Positions 10,301 through 18,669 of a stretch of DNA of 64,000 nt are shown here, piece after piece (the stretch's first letter is position 1; each line of letters begins with the position of its first letter). Origin of the DNA: a virus. The position numbers and the translations under genes were made by a program. The stretch spans positions 1 through 64,000 of the IMG/VR virus record IMGVR_UViG_3300004886_000001; one strand, 5' to 3'. The notes under the pieces were generated by a model that saw only the letters and a program-made list of their open reading frames with translations, had not been told where the DNA came from and made no database searches.

Positions 10301-13300
10301 CGAGTACGCTCTAGCCTTTTCACCAATCTCACCCGCACGTGCCTGCCATTCGTTTCTGACAGCATCCATGTCTTCAGCCGCTTTAAGGTAGTTCTCCATT
10401 CGAGGGAGCATATGCTTAAAACCACCGACTATTTGACGACGGTTGAGTAGTCCAAGACCTTCCTTGCTGCCCTTGTCGATAATTGCGCTAAGTGCTTGCT
10501 GCAGAGATTCTTTACCGGTTAGCTTTTTTTTAAAGCTGTCCATGTTGATCTTGCGTTTTACACCGCCACTGGCTTTAACCTCGGCTGTCATTGCCTGATC
10601 TATCACCCGGTCAACCTCTACCCCCGGTATCCGGCCAGTCATACCCATTTCGCGCAATGCTCTGGATAGCAGAGATTTCAGCTTACGGAATAGCTGCTTT
10701 ACTTCGTTGTCGGTCGATCTGCGCTCTGCCAGCCGTGCCATCATCTCTCCGTAGAACTCGCTTTCCGGGTAGTTCTCACGCACCTGACGCTTTAGATCGG
10801 ATAAACCCGGCATCGAGTCAATATCAGCTTTAACGTCGCTCCAGCGATCCCCTAAGACCTGCTCAACTCCCATGTGACCGACAATTTCATGCATAAGGGT
10901 TTTGTTAAAGTCCTCACGTGACTTTATCTGCTCTGCATTGACGTACACCTGACCGTTGAAAACACCACCTACATCGCCTGCTGTGGCTTCATAGGGTAGG
11001 TCTGTATGGCTGTCTACCACAGAGACTTTTACGCCGGTTACCTTATCTGCTAGTGCTTGGTATTTTTTAGCGTTGGCTGTGGATGCTGGCTTGTCGTTGC
11101 GGATTTTCCGAAGTGCTACCCCGGTATCAGTTTCAGTGGTCTCAATAACATTGAACAGATTCCGATAGGCGTCACGAATACCGTCGTCCATTTCCTCTTT
11201 TGTCGGATAAGCGCCACCGTCCTCGTCAATATTGGCCAAGTAATCATTACTGATACCCTTAGCATCGAGTTCGTCAACAATATATTTTTCAAATCCACGT
11301 GCTGTTTTTTCAATAATGGTTGAATAATACGGCTTGCTACGACCAGCATCTATGTGTGTTGATCGCTCTGAAAACGTACTGTCCGTTATAGCCTGAACCA
11401 ACCCTTTGACTGCATCGAAGGTTTCTTGTCGCATGTTTTCTGGTGGTTTGCTGCGACTGGCAATACTGGATATAAATTCACCCGATGCCTTGCGACCTTC
11501 AATTTTTCGCTCCTGTCGTGCAAAGTAGTTGTCCATTCCATGGAACCACTCATGAGCAAGTGACCCAGGACCAGCCGTTTTTGTCAGGTTTATAGCAATC
11601 TTATCTGGCTCAAAGTGCGCAACCGCGTCACCACCTCTGCCTCTTGCACCAAACGCCAACCCGAGAGATCCATTTAAGGCCAGTGCTTTCGGTGGTAGGT
11701 CAACTGCTTCTGATAGGTCAATCAGCGCATCGTAAGCATCGTTCAAGTCTTTTTGTCGACGTGGACCCTCAACATAGTTGCCAAACTCAACGCCATAGAA
11801 TCCGAATGATTCAGAAAACTGCTCTGGTTGTATTTTGTCTGTGCGTCGTTCAGGACCAGACCGAACATCGTTGCTAACACGTCTGACATTTGGACCCTTT
11901 TTATGGTCCGCGAGTTGCGCCTCTAACGCTTCTTGATTTTCCTGTATGTACTTTAGGGCATCAGGACCAGTTTCAAAGTCATCCTTCATGTGCAGTAAGC
12001 CACCGGGTGACTTATAACCAACAAATACCTGTCTTGTTCCTCTGTTTCTATACACTGAGAATTCAGGACGTTTTTTAGTTCTAGCCTTCTTTTCTTTTGG
12101 TGCGGCGTAGTTTTCCTTTAAGTACTCAACCGCTTTCTGCGCTGCTTCTTCTTTTGAGGGTGCACTTGTGGCACTTCTCGCACGTCTGTCTTTTGATGAT
12201 GCAAGATAGTAGACGGGCACATCATATTCACCCGTTTTTTCATTCTTTGTATGTGCGTAATCGAAGCGGAACTTAGATTTACCGATAGCCTGAAATGTAG
12301 AAGGCGGTAACTTATGAAGTATGTCCGCCATCTCAAACATTGGTCCTAGCGCTCTGTATTCTCTACCTTTGCCTTTTAAGTCCTCGTAAGATATCTGACC
12401 AGACATGACCATCTGAGATACCTCACGCAACAACACAACTTCATTCACCCATCGGTCAATTGCGTAGTTTTTACGTGGCTTAGTTCTAACCTGACCGCGA
12501 ATCAATGCAACTGTCGCAAGTGCTTTTAAGTCGGCTCCAGATTCCGCTAGCTTTTCATAGTTTGGTGCCGGGAATGATTTCGATAGTGGAGCTGCCTTTA
12601 TATCAACGTCCACAGCCATTCGGTCAAGCCATTCGTGAGTTTGATCTTTCCGAGCGCCGCCAATTTTCTTACCAAAGTCCGTTATTTCTTTCGGTGTTTT
12701 ATCTTCCAGTTCTTCAGCGTCTTCCTTCGCGGCTATCTCGCTTTCTGCTGGCGCTTCAACATGGCTATCGACCGCATCACGCATTTTTTGCTTTGTATAC
12801 GGTCCCTTATAACCAATAGCCTTGGATTTCTCTTTTAGCTGCTTCCAGCTTGCCTCTGGCACTGGCTTAGTTTTATCACCGTCTTTTACCCACGACTTAA
12901 AATCCTGCATAGACATCGGAACAATGGACTCTAAGCCCGGCCAGTTGTCATCGTAGTTTGAAAGGTAACCGATTTCCGCTTCACTCTTGCTGCGGAAGCC
13001 CATCATTATCTTATGTTCATCGAATTTACCGTCAAAAGCCTGGTTAACAACGAATACCTTCTGACTTGATGGATTGTCGCCAATAAACACATCGAGATCA
13101 TCCCCGTCTGCGCCTTTAGTGCCTTTAATATCGCCGTAATGGTGTTTCATGGTCACTGACCACTTCTTACCTTCACTGGTACCGGAGCGTTCTGAACCTT
13201 TCGGATTCTCAATAGCAATGTCAAAGCCGTGTAACTTGATACGACCTTTTTTGTAATTGTCAGCCTCTATCTGTGCCTCTGTCGGATCTGTGTTGGTTTC

Positions 13301-15652
13301 TGCTGCTGCCGTTTCAATATCTGCGGCGGTTGGCTCTACAGTTGACACAGGTGAGGTACGGTCGATGTCTGCGCGAATGTCCGCAACGGCGTCATTAGGG
13401 TTTACATCGTTTTGAACCGTAGGTGTTTCTGGTTTATCCGCTTTTTCTTTGAGTGCATTGCGATCAATGTCCGCACGTAAATCTGCAACCGCATCTTGTG
13501 GTTTTAACTTTTGCCCTTCTGGCTTTTCAGCTTTAGGCTGCTCTGCCGGTTTCTGGTTCCGCTTAACTTCCTCTCGGATATCAGCAACAGCATTCTGTGG
13601 CCTGCCGGTCAGTGCATTGGCTCTGTGCTCAATAGCTGATGCGATAGTATTGGCGCTGGCTGTCTCTGGTAGGCCGTCAACGACGCTATTCCATGCCTCG
13701 GGCGGCAACTTAGCCTTAACCATATCCCGGTACGCTTTCGCAATTCTGCGCTGCTCTTTGGTAGCCATTTGTGAATCAGGACTGATAACGTCTTGCTGCC
13801 TGATTGGTGCAAGTGTTGCCGGTTGCTCTTTACCTTCCACCAGTACTGCCGGTACCGAGTTTTGGAGCCCGGTTTGTAACGATTGGAAGTCATCGAGCCA
13901 TTTACGCTCTTGCTGGAATTGCTGCTCTGTGTCTTCGACTGCCTCTTTTTGTTGCTCAAGTTGTTCTTTCTGGTGAGTTAGTCGAGCAACATGCTGCTTA
14001 CCAATAATTTTATCTACTGGTTTGGTTGCGGCCTTGAGCTTTTCCTGCACATCACTCAATTGCAGATCAAGTTTATGCTCTATCCTGGCTATGTCGTTTT
14101 TGACCACATCAGGACCAACCGACTCGACGCGCTTTGGCGACACCTCTAAGCGGCCAGCCTGCCCGTAATCAACTACCTGACCTTCGAGAGCATCACGCTC
14201 AATTGTTGGGTTGTCGCGGCCTATTTCAGCATCTCGGTCAAGCAATTCACCTTCCAGTGTTTCTACCTGCATTTCTCTGCTGGCAGTTTCACCGTCGATA
14301 GCATCACGTCCAATACCCGTTTTATCACTGCCTATAGGCGTATCTTTATCGAGTAATTCACCCTCAATGGCTGATTCACCCTGCAGTTCACCTGTGTTAA
14401 TTTCTGCCGCATCATTTGTGGTCGAATTTATTAACTCGTCGCGGGTAATGCCCTGGTCTTCCGGGTAATCAATGACACCATCCGAGCGCTGACCGGCCGG
14501 CACCATAGCATTGAATAGTTCTTCTACTTCTGGATCTGCTGTTGGGTCGGCTGGTGGTGGTTCTACTGCAGGCTCACTGGCTGGATTTAAGGCGTCATAA
14601 CCGTTCTGGAGTATGTCAGCATCGGTACCATAGTTGCCAGTCGCACCGGGACCATCACCGAGCCCTTCTGCAGCTCGCATCAGATCGTCAACATTGTTAT
14701 CAGGGCTGTCTGGTTGTGGTTGCTCTGGTTGCACCCCTCTTTCAGCAAGTGCCGCCCTGGTCTGACCAATAGAACTGGCACCACCACCCATAGCACCACC
14801 ACCGAGCATGCCAGCCAAACCGGCAGTCTTCCAGTCACCAATAATATTCTTTAGTTGGTTGATATCGTCAGTGCTCCAATTGTCGATATCAGATCGCACC
14901 ATTTCAACGGCGGTTTGTTCAACTGCAGATTGGAGTATTTCGGTGCCGCCCTCTTTGAGTGACGTTGTTGCGGTTTCTTTTAATACGTTTTTGACGCGAT
15001 TCTTTAGCCCGGACCCTATCCCTGTACCCTTCAGCTTGTCGAGTGCACTAAACACCGGCAGCGTATCAATCACACCGGATATCGTACCGGCAGCGAGCGC
15101 TTTACCGGCGTGAATCTCTCCGGTTTCATCATGCATCTGACCACCGACGCCACCAGTCATCATGCCGACATTAGTACCGGCTGCAACACCCTTAGCGCCA
15201 TATTTTGCTATTGCAGTTTTTGCAAAGTCCTCGGCTGCTTCCTTGCCGCCCATACCGTTGGCCATACGCTTCTGAATGCCCTTTTTAGCTGCTGCTTTTA
15301 CCGCTACAGTCCCAGCACCACCACCGGCTGCCATGGTCGCTATCTGGGGGATCATTTCACCGATCTTACCTACACCGAAATCTACAAACGAACCGATACC
15401 GTCTATTTCATCAGCAGTATTGACGTCTGCGACATTATCCCGCATGTCATCGGCTTGATCGTGATAGCCACGCATACCAGAGCGTTCAAGGTACTCATCA
15501 CCGATAGCAGCACCAGCCGTTGCAGCCAGACCAGCACCCATCTGTTGAACCTGATCAACACCACGAGCGATACCTTTGCGTAACTCGCCTTTTGGTTTTT
15601 TAAGATCGACGCCTACGAGATCGGAGTAATCACCTTCTAGTTTTATATCCAT
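7340..15652 (-). CDS. Giant multi-domain virion (polyvalent / PLxRFG-type) protein
   Basis: Uninterrupted 2,770-aa ORF. Gly/Ala-rich N-terminus, pyrophosphatase-like module (AIENPKGS...YGDIKGTKGADGDDLDVFIG), SLAHEWFHGMDNY, MHEIVGHMG, YFPLSRFGKY, hydrophobic helices in the C-terminal third. All plus-strand ORFs inside look like antisense shadows. Confidence 0.7.
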   Translation of the reverse strand: MDIKLEGDYSDLVGVDLKKPKGELRKGIARGVDQVQQMGAGLAATAGAAIGDEYLERSGMRGYHDQADDMRDNVADVNTADEIDGIGSFVDFGVGKIGEMIPQIATMAAGGGAGTVAVKAAAKKGIQKRMANGMGGKEAAEDFAKTAIAKYGAKGVAAGTNVGMMTGGVGGQMHDETGEIHAGKALAAGTISGVIDTLPVFSALDKLKGTGIGSGLKNRVKNVLKETATTSLKEGGTEILQSAVEQTAVEMVRSDIDNWSTDDINQLKNIIGDWKTAGLAGMLGGGAMGGGASSIGQTRAALAERGVQPEQPQPDSPDNNVDDLMRAAEGLGDGPGATGNYGTDADILQNGYDALNPASEPAVEPPPADPTADPEVEELFNAMVPAGQRSDGVIDYPEDQGITRDELINSTTNDAAEINTGELQGESAIEGELLDKDTPIGSDKTGIGRDAIDGETASREMQVETLEGELLDRDAEIGRDNPTIERDALEGQVVDYGQAGRLEVSPKRVESVGPDVVKNDIARIEHKLDLQLSDVQEKLKAATKPVDKIIGKQHVARLTHQKEQLEQQKEAVEDTEQQFQQERKWLDDFQSLQTGLQNSVPAVLVEGKEQPATLAPIRQQDVISPDSQMATKEQRRIAKAYRDMVKAKLPPEAWNSVVDGLPETASANTIASAIEHRANALTGRPQNAVADIREEVKRNQKPAEQPKAEKPEGQKLKPQDAVADLRADIDRNALKEKADKPETPTVQNDVNPNDAVADIRADIDRTSPVSTVEPTAADIETAAAETNTDPTEAQIEADNYKKGRIKLHGFDIAIENPKGSERSGTSEGKKWSVTMKHHYGDIKGTKGADGDDLDVFIGDNPSSQKVFVVNQAFDGKFDEHKIMMGFRSKSEAEIGYLSNYDDNWPGLESIVPMSMQDFKSWVKDGDKTKPVPEASWKQLKEKSKAIGYKGPYTKQKMRDAVDSHVEAPAESEIAAKEDAEELEDKTPKEITDFGKKIGGARKDQTHEWLDRMAVDVDIKAAPLSKSFPAPNYEKLAESGADLKALATVALIRGQVRTKPRKNYAIDRWVNEVVLLREVSQMVMSGQISYEDLKGKGREYRALGPMFEMADILHKLPPSTFQAIGKSKFRFDYAHTKNEKTGEYDVPVYYLASSKDRRARSATSAPSKEEAAQKAVEYLKENYAAPKEKKARTKKRPEFSVYRNRGTRQVFVGYKSPGGLLHMKDDFETGPDALKYIQENQEALEAQLADHKKGPNVRRVSNDVRSGPERRTDKIQPEQFSESFGFYGVEFGNYVEGPRRQKDLNDAYDALIDLSEAVDLPPKALALNGSLGLAFGARGRGGDAVAHFEPDKIAINLTKTAGPGSLAHEWFHGMDNYFARQERKIEGRKASGEFISSIASRSKPPENMRQETFDAVKGLVQAITDSTFSERSTHIDAGRSKPYYSTIIEKTARGFEKYIVDELDAKGISNDYLANIDEDGGAYPTKEEMDDGIRDAYRNLFNVIETTETDTGVALRKIRNDKPASTANAKKYQALADKVTGVKVSVVDSHTDLPYEATAGDVGGVFNGQVYVNAEQIKSREDFNKTLMHEIVGHMGVEQVLGDRWSDVKADIDSMPGLSDLKRQVRENYPESEFYGEMMARLAERRSTDNEVKQLFRKLKSLLSRALREMGMTGRIPGVEVDRVIDQAMTAEVKASGGVKRKINMDSFKKKLTGKESLQQALSAIIDKGSKEGLGLLNRRQIVGGFKHMLPRMENYLKAAEDMDAVRNEWQARAGEIGEKARAYSQKNKDVMSKVSDIMHNATLISADPDNYKNTDSILDAAIRKLERKKPKALSDDDQAELDALKAELKEEGQKVKEADKKARAQARVTRADGYRAFIPADRTKYDRIQKRITKVKEKAKSGLTGAEKTNLEYMRELQKTKKERATEAQKLIKEFNSLPEEAKELYREMRDYHAEMWDAQTQAMITRSDASNTTLEAKKQHNSAITEMREMMKLHAPYFPLSRFGKYASSAKFPDGSYEFRQFDSPYDQQKWEKQAKAAGGKDVASSKLTDEMMAAEQMPDSMKDSINDMIDELSEGNEDLSAMKDEINQMYLKALPQLSIRRHEIRRGKVKGFEQDALRSFADSSFHAASHLGRLSHSWEMQQHVQSMDLEYDLATRPDMRKKYEDAFLDLEHAINATMSDDDVATQLTEIRDNETSNEAIKMWNGILKQLRSGMDLEAVRNSHDKHLTNAKYIKDEYKYKARNGIDELKKSMEHSLNPQMSPFANKVNSFGFGMILGITPAAALLNTTQLYMVTIPMLGSKYGNAKSTSTLIKAQNDYLKGSFKNKSTGFDDADITTEEKKMLDDLAKLGVIDKTMMADLAGLAEEGMNTSDFIPRAMKVVGWTFHVTEKLNREVTALTTYRLAREAGKSQKESQDEAAKTTWDSQFDYSSGNRARVMRSPTARIALQFKQYSFSIAHLYISTLKKAFGKYESTPEEQREAKKMLTSMLGVQFLLSGAIGLPGARILGNTLEAVVNTFLDEEDEIEYEAWTRQFAADVFGNKMGEVMTRGVWDTFTPFSMSDRVSTSSLFFRESSPGDELGESTYFNMLENLAGPTGGLVKNAILSGRDLASGDYVKATEKVLPKFMKDVVRSGRYAYEGGVKNKHGDLIHEMEPWEYLAQMMGFTPSDVTEAYSKNSAIYARDKQLRDVRSKIMRIMNQGREKGDEKKMEKAREMAKRYSDKFPDMKIQSKHFSRSWRAYKKQRDEHVAGVSATTKTKKQAISEVTY

Positions 15653-17247
15653 TAGTTCTCTTTTTTGAACATCTCTTTAAGTCGTTGGATAGGTGTTTTT
15701 TTGAAAGCCTCGCCTAGACGCTCATCTGTGCGCTTTCTTCCTTCTTCCATGGCTGCATCAATTTTGCTCTGATACTCTTTTTTGTCCTTTACGGATTCGG
15801 CCTTGCGTTTTATTTTATCCAGTGCGTTTTGAACATTGCCGTCTGCTCGCTTAAATTCTTTGCGAAGTGTTTTGTCAATATAACTTTCAATCTCTTTGAG
15901 TTCTGGATTGTTTTCCAGTAGATCGGCTTTAAGTTTCGGGATTCCCTCTCGGTTCTTTTTCTGCTGAACAAGCATCTCTGCAGCCTGTGGCACTTCAACC
16001 TCAAGTTTTTGCGCCAGTTCTTTTGCTTGGCTAACTGCAGCCTTTGATACAATCCCTGCCTCTATAAGTACGTTATGAGCCATCGCACTATCAGGGTCAT
16101 CTTTGAAGCTCTCAGCAAGTATATCAGCGTTTTTCTGCATAAGCGGAGTAGCGTCACCGCCGACAGTAGCTGTACCAGCAGTAGAATCAAGAACAACCTC
16201 GCCAATATTCGGATCATACAATCGGTCTCCAACTTTGATTAAGTCCTTTTCCTCTTTTGGTGGTGGATTAAGTCCATAGGTGTCCTTTATTTTCTGCATA
16301 TTTTTAGCCATAGCAGCATTAGACATTAGCTTTTCAAGTATCTCTGGAGCTGTGAACGCTTCGCCTATATCCTCCGGGTTGCTGCTTTGTCCGTATGTTT
16401 GAAACCCGGTAGAACCGTCTTCCATTTTGAACTTTGGAATGTAGCCTTTTGGTGTTTTAATCATCGCTACAATCTCACTCTTTCTGCCATCAACTGCAGA
16501 CGTGGTCTTGTGCTGTAGGTTCAGTGCTTTAAGCAATTTCGGGTCATCGAGTTTGGTTTTACCGCTAGCAAGGGAATTTGCTGCAACTTCCATTATCTCA
16601 ATGGTTTGGTTCAAGTCCTCATCTTCAAAGCCAGATAGCTTTACGAGCTTTTCGTAAGATGCTGATGCACCTTTAATGTCACCGGCTTTTATAGAAGCCT
16701 CAACCCTTCGCATTTCATCAGCAACGTTCTGGATGTTCTCGGCTCGTTTCTGCTGGTTCATTTCAAAATCTTTTTTGATGCCGTTTTTCTTGGCATTTGA
16801 AATGTTGTGATTCTGCAGTTCTATGTTTAACTTTTGCTGCTTCTTACGGTACCAGTCTTGGTTTTTGTACTCAGTACGCTCGTACTGTTTGAATGCATGA
16901 TCATCTGCGTCACGTTCGCGTTGTGTAGCACGATCTTGAACACCTTCCTTATACATCTCATCTTCACGCCCTTGCAAAACACCTTGACGCGCATGTGCTT
17001 CTGCAGAGCGTTGACGGTTGGTTTCGTCATCAATCAACTGTTGTTCATAAGCCGCATCATTGCGACCCTCTAACACATCCTGACGTGCAAGGTTACGGCT
17101 CCTGTCTTCTTGGCGCTGCTGAAACAACAGTTTTTGCTGATCGCGCTGCTCTGCTTCGGCACCAATGGCTTTAGCGTTTCGGTAATCCCTGAGTGCAGAG
17201 CTGATTAAACCTTGGCCCTGCAGGTGTGAAGTGTCATATACACGCAT
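15652..17247 (-). CDS. Coiled-coil internal virion/ejection-like protein
   Basis: 531 aa, very charged (R/Q/E/K) with repeats RQDVLEGRNDAAYEQQ / RQGVLQGREDEMYKEG. 1-nt overlap with the giant gene start. Confidence 0.4.
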   Translation of the reverse strand: MRVYDTSHLQGQGLISSALRDYRNAKAIGAEAEQRDQQKLLFQQRQEDRSRNLARQDVLEGRNDAAYEQQLIDDETNRQRSAEAHARQGVLQGREDEMYKEGVQDRATQRERDADDHAFKQYERTEYKNQDWYRKKQQKLNIELQNHNISNAKKNGIKKDFEMNQQKRAENIQNVADEMRRVEASIKAGDIKGASASYEKLVKLSGFEDEDLNQTIEIMEVAANSLASGKTKLDDPKLLKALNLQHKTTSAVDGRKSEIVAMIKTPKGYIPKFKMEDGSTGFQTYGQSSNPEDIGEAFTAPEILEKLMSNAAMAKNMQKIKDTYGLNPPPKEEKDLIKVGDRLYDPNIGEVVLDSTAGTATVGGDATPLMQKNADILAESFKDDPDSAMAHNVLIEAGIVSKAAVSQAKELAQKLEVEVPQAAEMLVQQKKNREGIPKLKADLLENNPELKEIESYIDKTLRKEFKRADGNVQNALDKIKRKAESVKDKKEYQSKIDAAMEEGRKRTDERLGEAFKKTPIQRLKEMFKKEN

Positions 17248-17253
17248 GATTAT

Positions 17254-17478
17254 TTACCCGAATAGTAAGCCTAAAGCACCACCAGCCAGCGCACCCCATG
17301 GGCCACCTACCTGAGCGCCCATCGTTGCGCCAGATACAGCACCGCTTACTTTGTTTTTCGCCTTGGTGTGTTTAATGTTGGCGTTCTGTGCGTTTCTTGC
17401 AGACTCAAGCGATGCCAGATGGTTGTAACCACGTCGGCCCGCATCGTTTTTCTGTCTATATGCTGCTGCTAAACTCAT
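17254..17478 (-). CDS. Small Gly-zipper membrane/virion protein
   Basis: 74 aa with C-terminal GAQVGGPWGALAGGALGLLFG. Overlaps the upstream gene by 4 nt. Confidence 0.5.
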   Translation of the reverse strand: MSLAAAYRQKNDAGRRGYNHLASLESARNAQNANIKHTKAKNKVSGAVSGATMGAQVGGPWGALAGGALGLLFG

Positions 17479-17867
17479 AGTAAATCCGTCCTTAAACGAT
17501 CAAAGTAACGACTGGCACCATCAACATTTTGTGCCTTAGATAACTGCTGATGATTTTGCAATCGGCGGTTATCGTTAGCGTCGATCCCATCTCTACCTTG
17601 CATCCGGTTTCGCTCTTGCATTCTCGAACGTGCACGACCGAATGCCGAGTCAGTTTGTTGTGAAACAGACTGCAATAGGTTAGAGCGGTTTTGCTCTGCC
17701 TGCGGCCCTATAAGATGCTCCGCGTAGAGTTCTTCTAGCGGTCTTTGTTCAGTGTTGTAGCGGTCGAGTTGATCGCGTGTAATACCTGCAAATATTTCAT
17801 CTGCAGTATTTTCCTGGCTACTGGAAGAACCACCACCGAGAAGACTTGTTAATAATCCAAGAGGCAT
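17475..17867 (-). CDS. Virion-module protein, unknown function
   Basis: 130-aa ORF, coupled to both neighbours. Confidence 0.55.
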   Translation of the reverse strand: MPLGLLTSLLGGGSSSSQENTADEIFAGITRDQLDRYNTEQRPLEELYAEHLIGPQAEQNRSNLLQSVSQQTDSAFGRARSRMQERNRMQGRDGIDANDNRRLQNHQQLSKAQNVDGASRYFDRLRTDLL

Positions 17868-18538
17868 TATCCGACTCCTATGCCGTTAGGCTGTGTGTAC
17901 GGTTGCTGTTGTCTTGCACGACCTAACAAACCACCCTGACTCGCTGCCACTCCTGCACCTGCAACACTGCCGAGTAAACCGAGTGTATTTGATTGCGTGG
18001 CAAACTGGTTGGCTGCATTAAAGTTAGCCTGCTGTGACTGGTTGTTTGCTAATTGACTCATATCATTAGCGCTCTGCATCTGTGCGCCATGCGCAAGCCC
18101 TGCAGCATTAGCCATAGCACCATAAGCATTCGACACATCACCTTCTGCGGTCTGCCTGACAGCTTGTGATTCATCTTTGGCTTGTGCGATATCACCAACA
18201 TCATCAGATCCTGTCTGCATGTTCGGGTTAACAGGACCACGATTTGATTCATAGGCTTTTGAAATGGCCGCGACTGGTGCACCTGAGTTCACCGTGTTCA
18301 TACGAACCTGACCGTTTGCGTCTAAGTGAGAACGACGCCTGGTAGGATCTGCATCATAACTGCCGGTCTCTGTATTCCATTGCATGCCGAGGGTTTCAGC
18401 AACCCGTTCACGCTCAAGAGGAATGCCTGTCTCCTTGTACCCCTGAATCATGCCTTGCATCAACTCAGCTTCTGCAAGTTCAGCTTGTGACACTTCCGCT
18501 TCTGGCGTACCAAATAGATTGCTAAAAAATCCCATCAT
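17867..18538 (-). CDS. Virion-module protein, Q/A/N-rich
   Basis: 223-aa ORF with a Gly/Ala-rich C-terminus (LGLLGSVAGAGVAASQGGLLG). ATGA overlap with the upstream micro-ORF. Confidence 0.55.
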   Translation of the reverse strand: MMGFFSNLFGTPEAEVSQAELAEAELMQGMIQGYKETGIPLERERVAETLGMQWNTETGSYDADPTRRRSHLDANGQVRMNTVNSGAPVAAISKAYESNRGPVNPNMQTGSDDVGDIAQAKDESQAVRQTAEGDVSNAYGAMANAAGLAHGAQMQSANDMSQLANNQSQQANFNAANQFATQSNTLGLLGSVAGAGVAASQGGLLGRARQQQPYTQPNGIGVG

Positions 18539-18669
18539 CTGCGCTCCAATGTTCTTACACGTTGAGACAAGGCATTTAATTCCTTTCTCAATCTCTCGTT
18601 TTCTTCGTTCAGTTCCTTAATAACTGCTTGCATTTCTGGTGGTAAATTAGGAGGAATTCGGACAGTCAT
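18535..18669 (-). CDS. 44-aa coiled-coil micro-protein (below the ORF-track threshold)
   Basis: ATG shares 1 nt with the upstream TAA (TAATG) and the stop overlaps the next ATG (ATGA). Translation MTVRIPPNLPPEMQAVIKELNEENERLRKELNALSQRVRTLERR. Confidence 0.5.
   Translation of the reverse strand: MTVRIPPNLPPEMQAVIKELNEENERLRKELNALSQRVRTLERR

Noticed and set aside
7403-15583. About 35 plus-strand ORFs of 60-175 aa inside the giant gene (for example 13449..13976 and 15110..15583).
   Set aside because: All are antisense to one uninterrupted 8.3-kb ORF. They are low-complexity (S/A/L/C-rich) with no RBS context, which is typical of shadow ORFs.
7340-15652. The idea that the giant protein is an N4-type virion RNA polymerase, prompted by the N4-gp56-like capsid.
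   Set aside because: I saw no T7-like RNAP motifs. The recognisable pieces are PPase-like, HExxH and PLxRFG modules, which fit polyvalent ejection proteins instead. Only a profile search can settle this.
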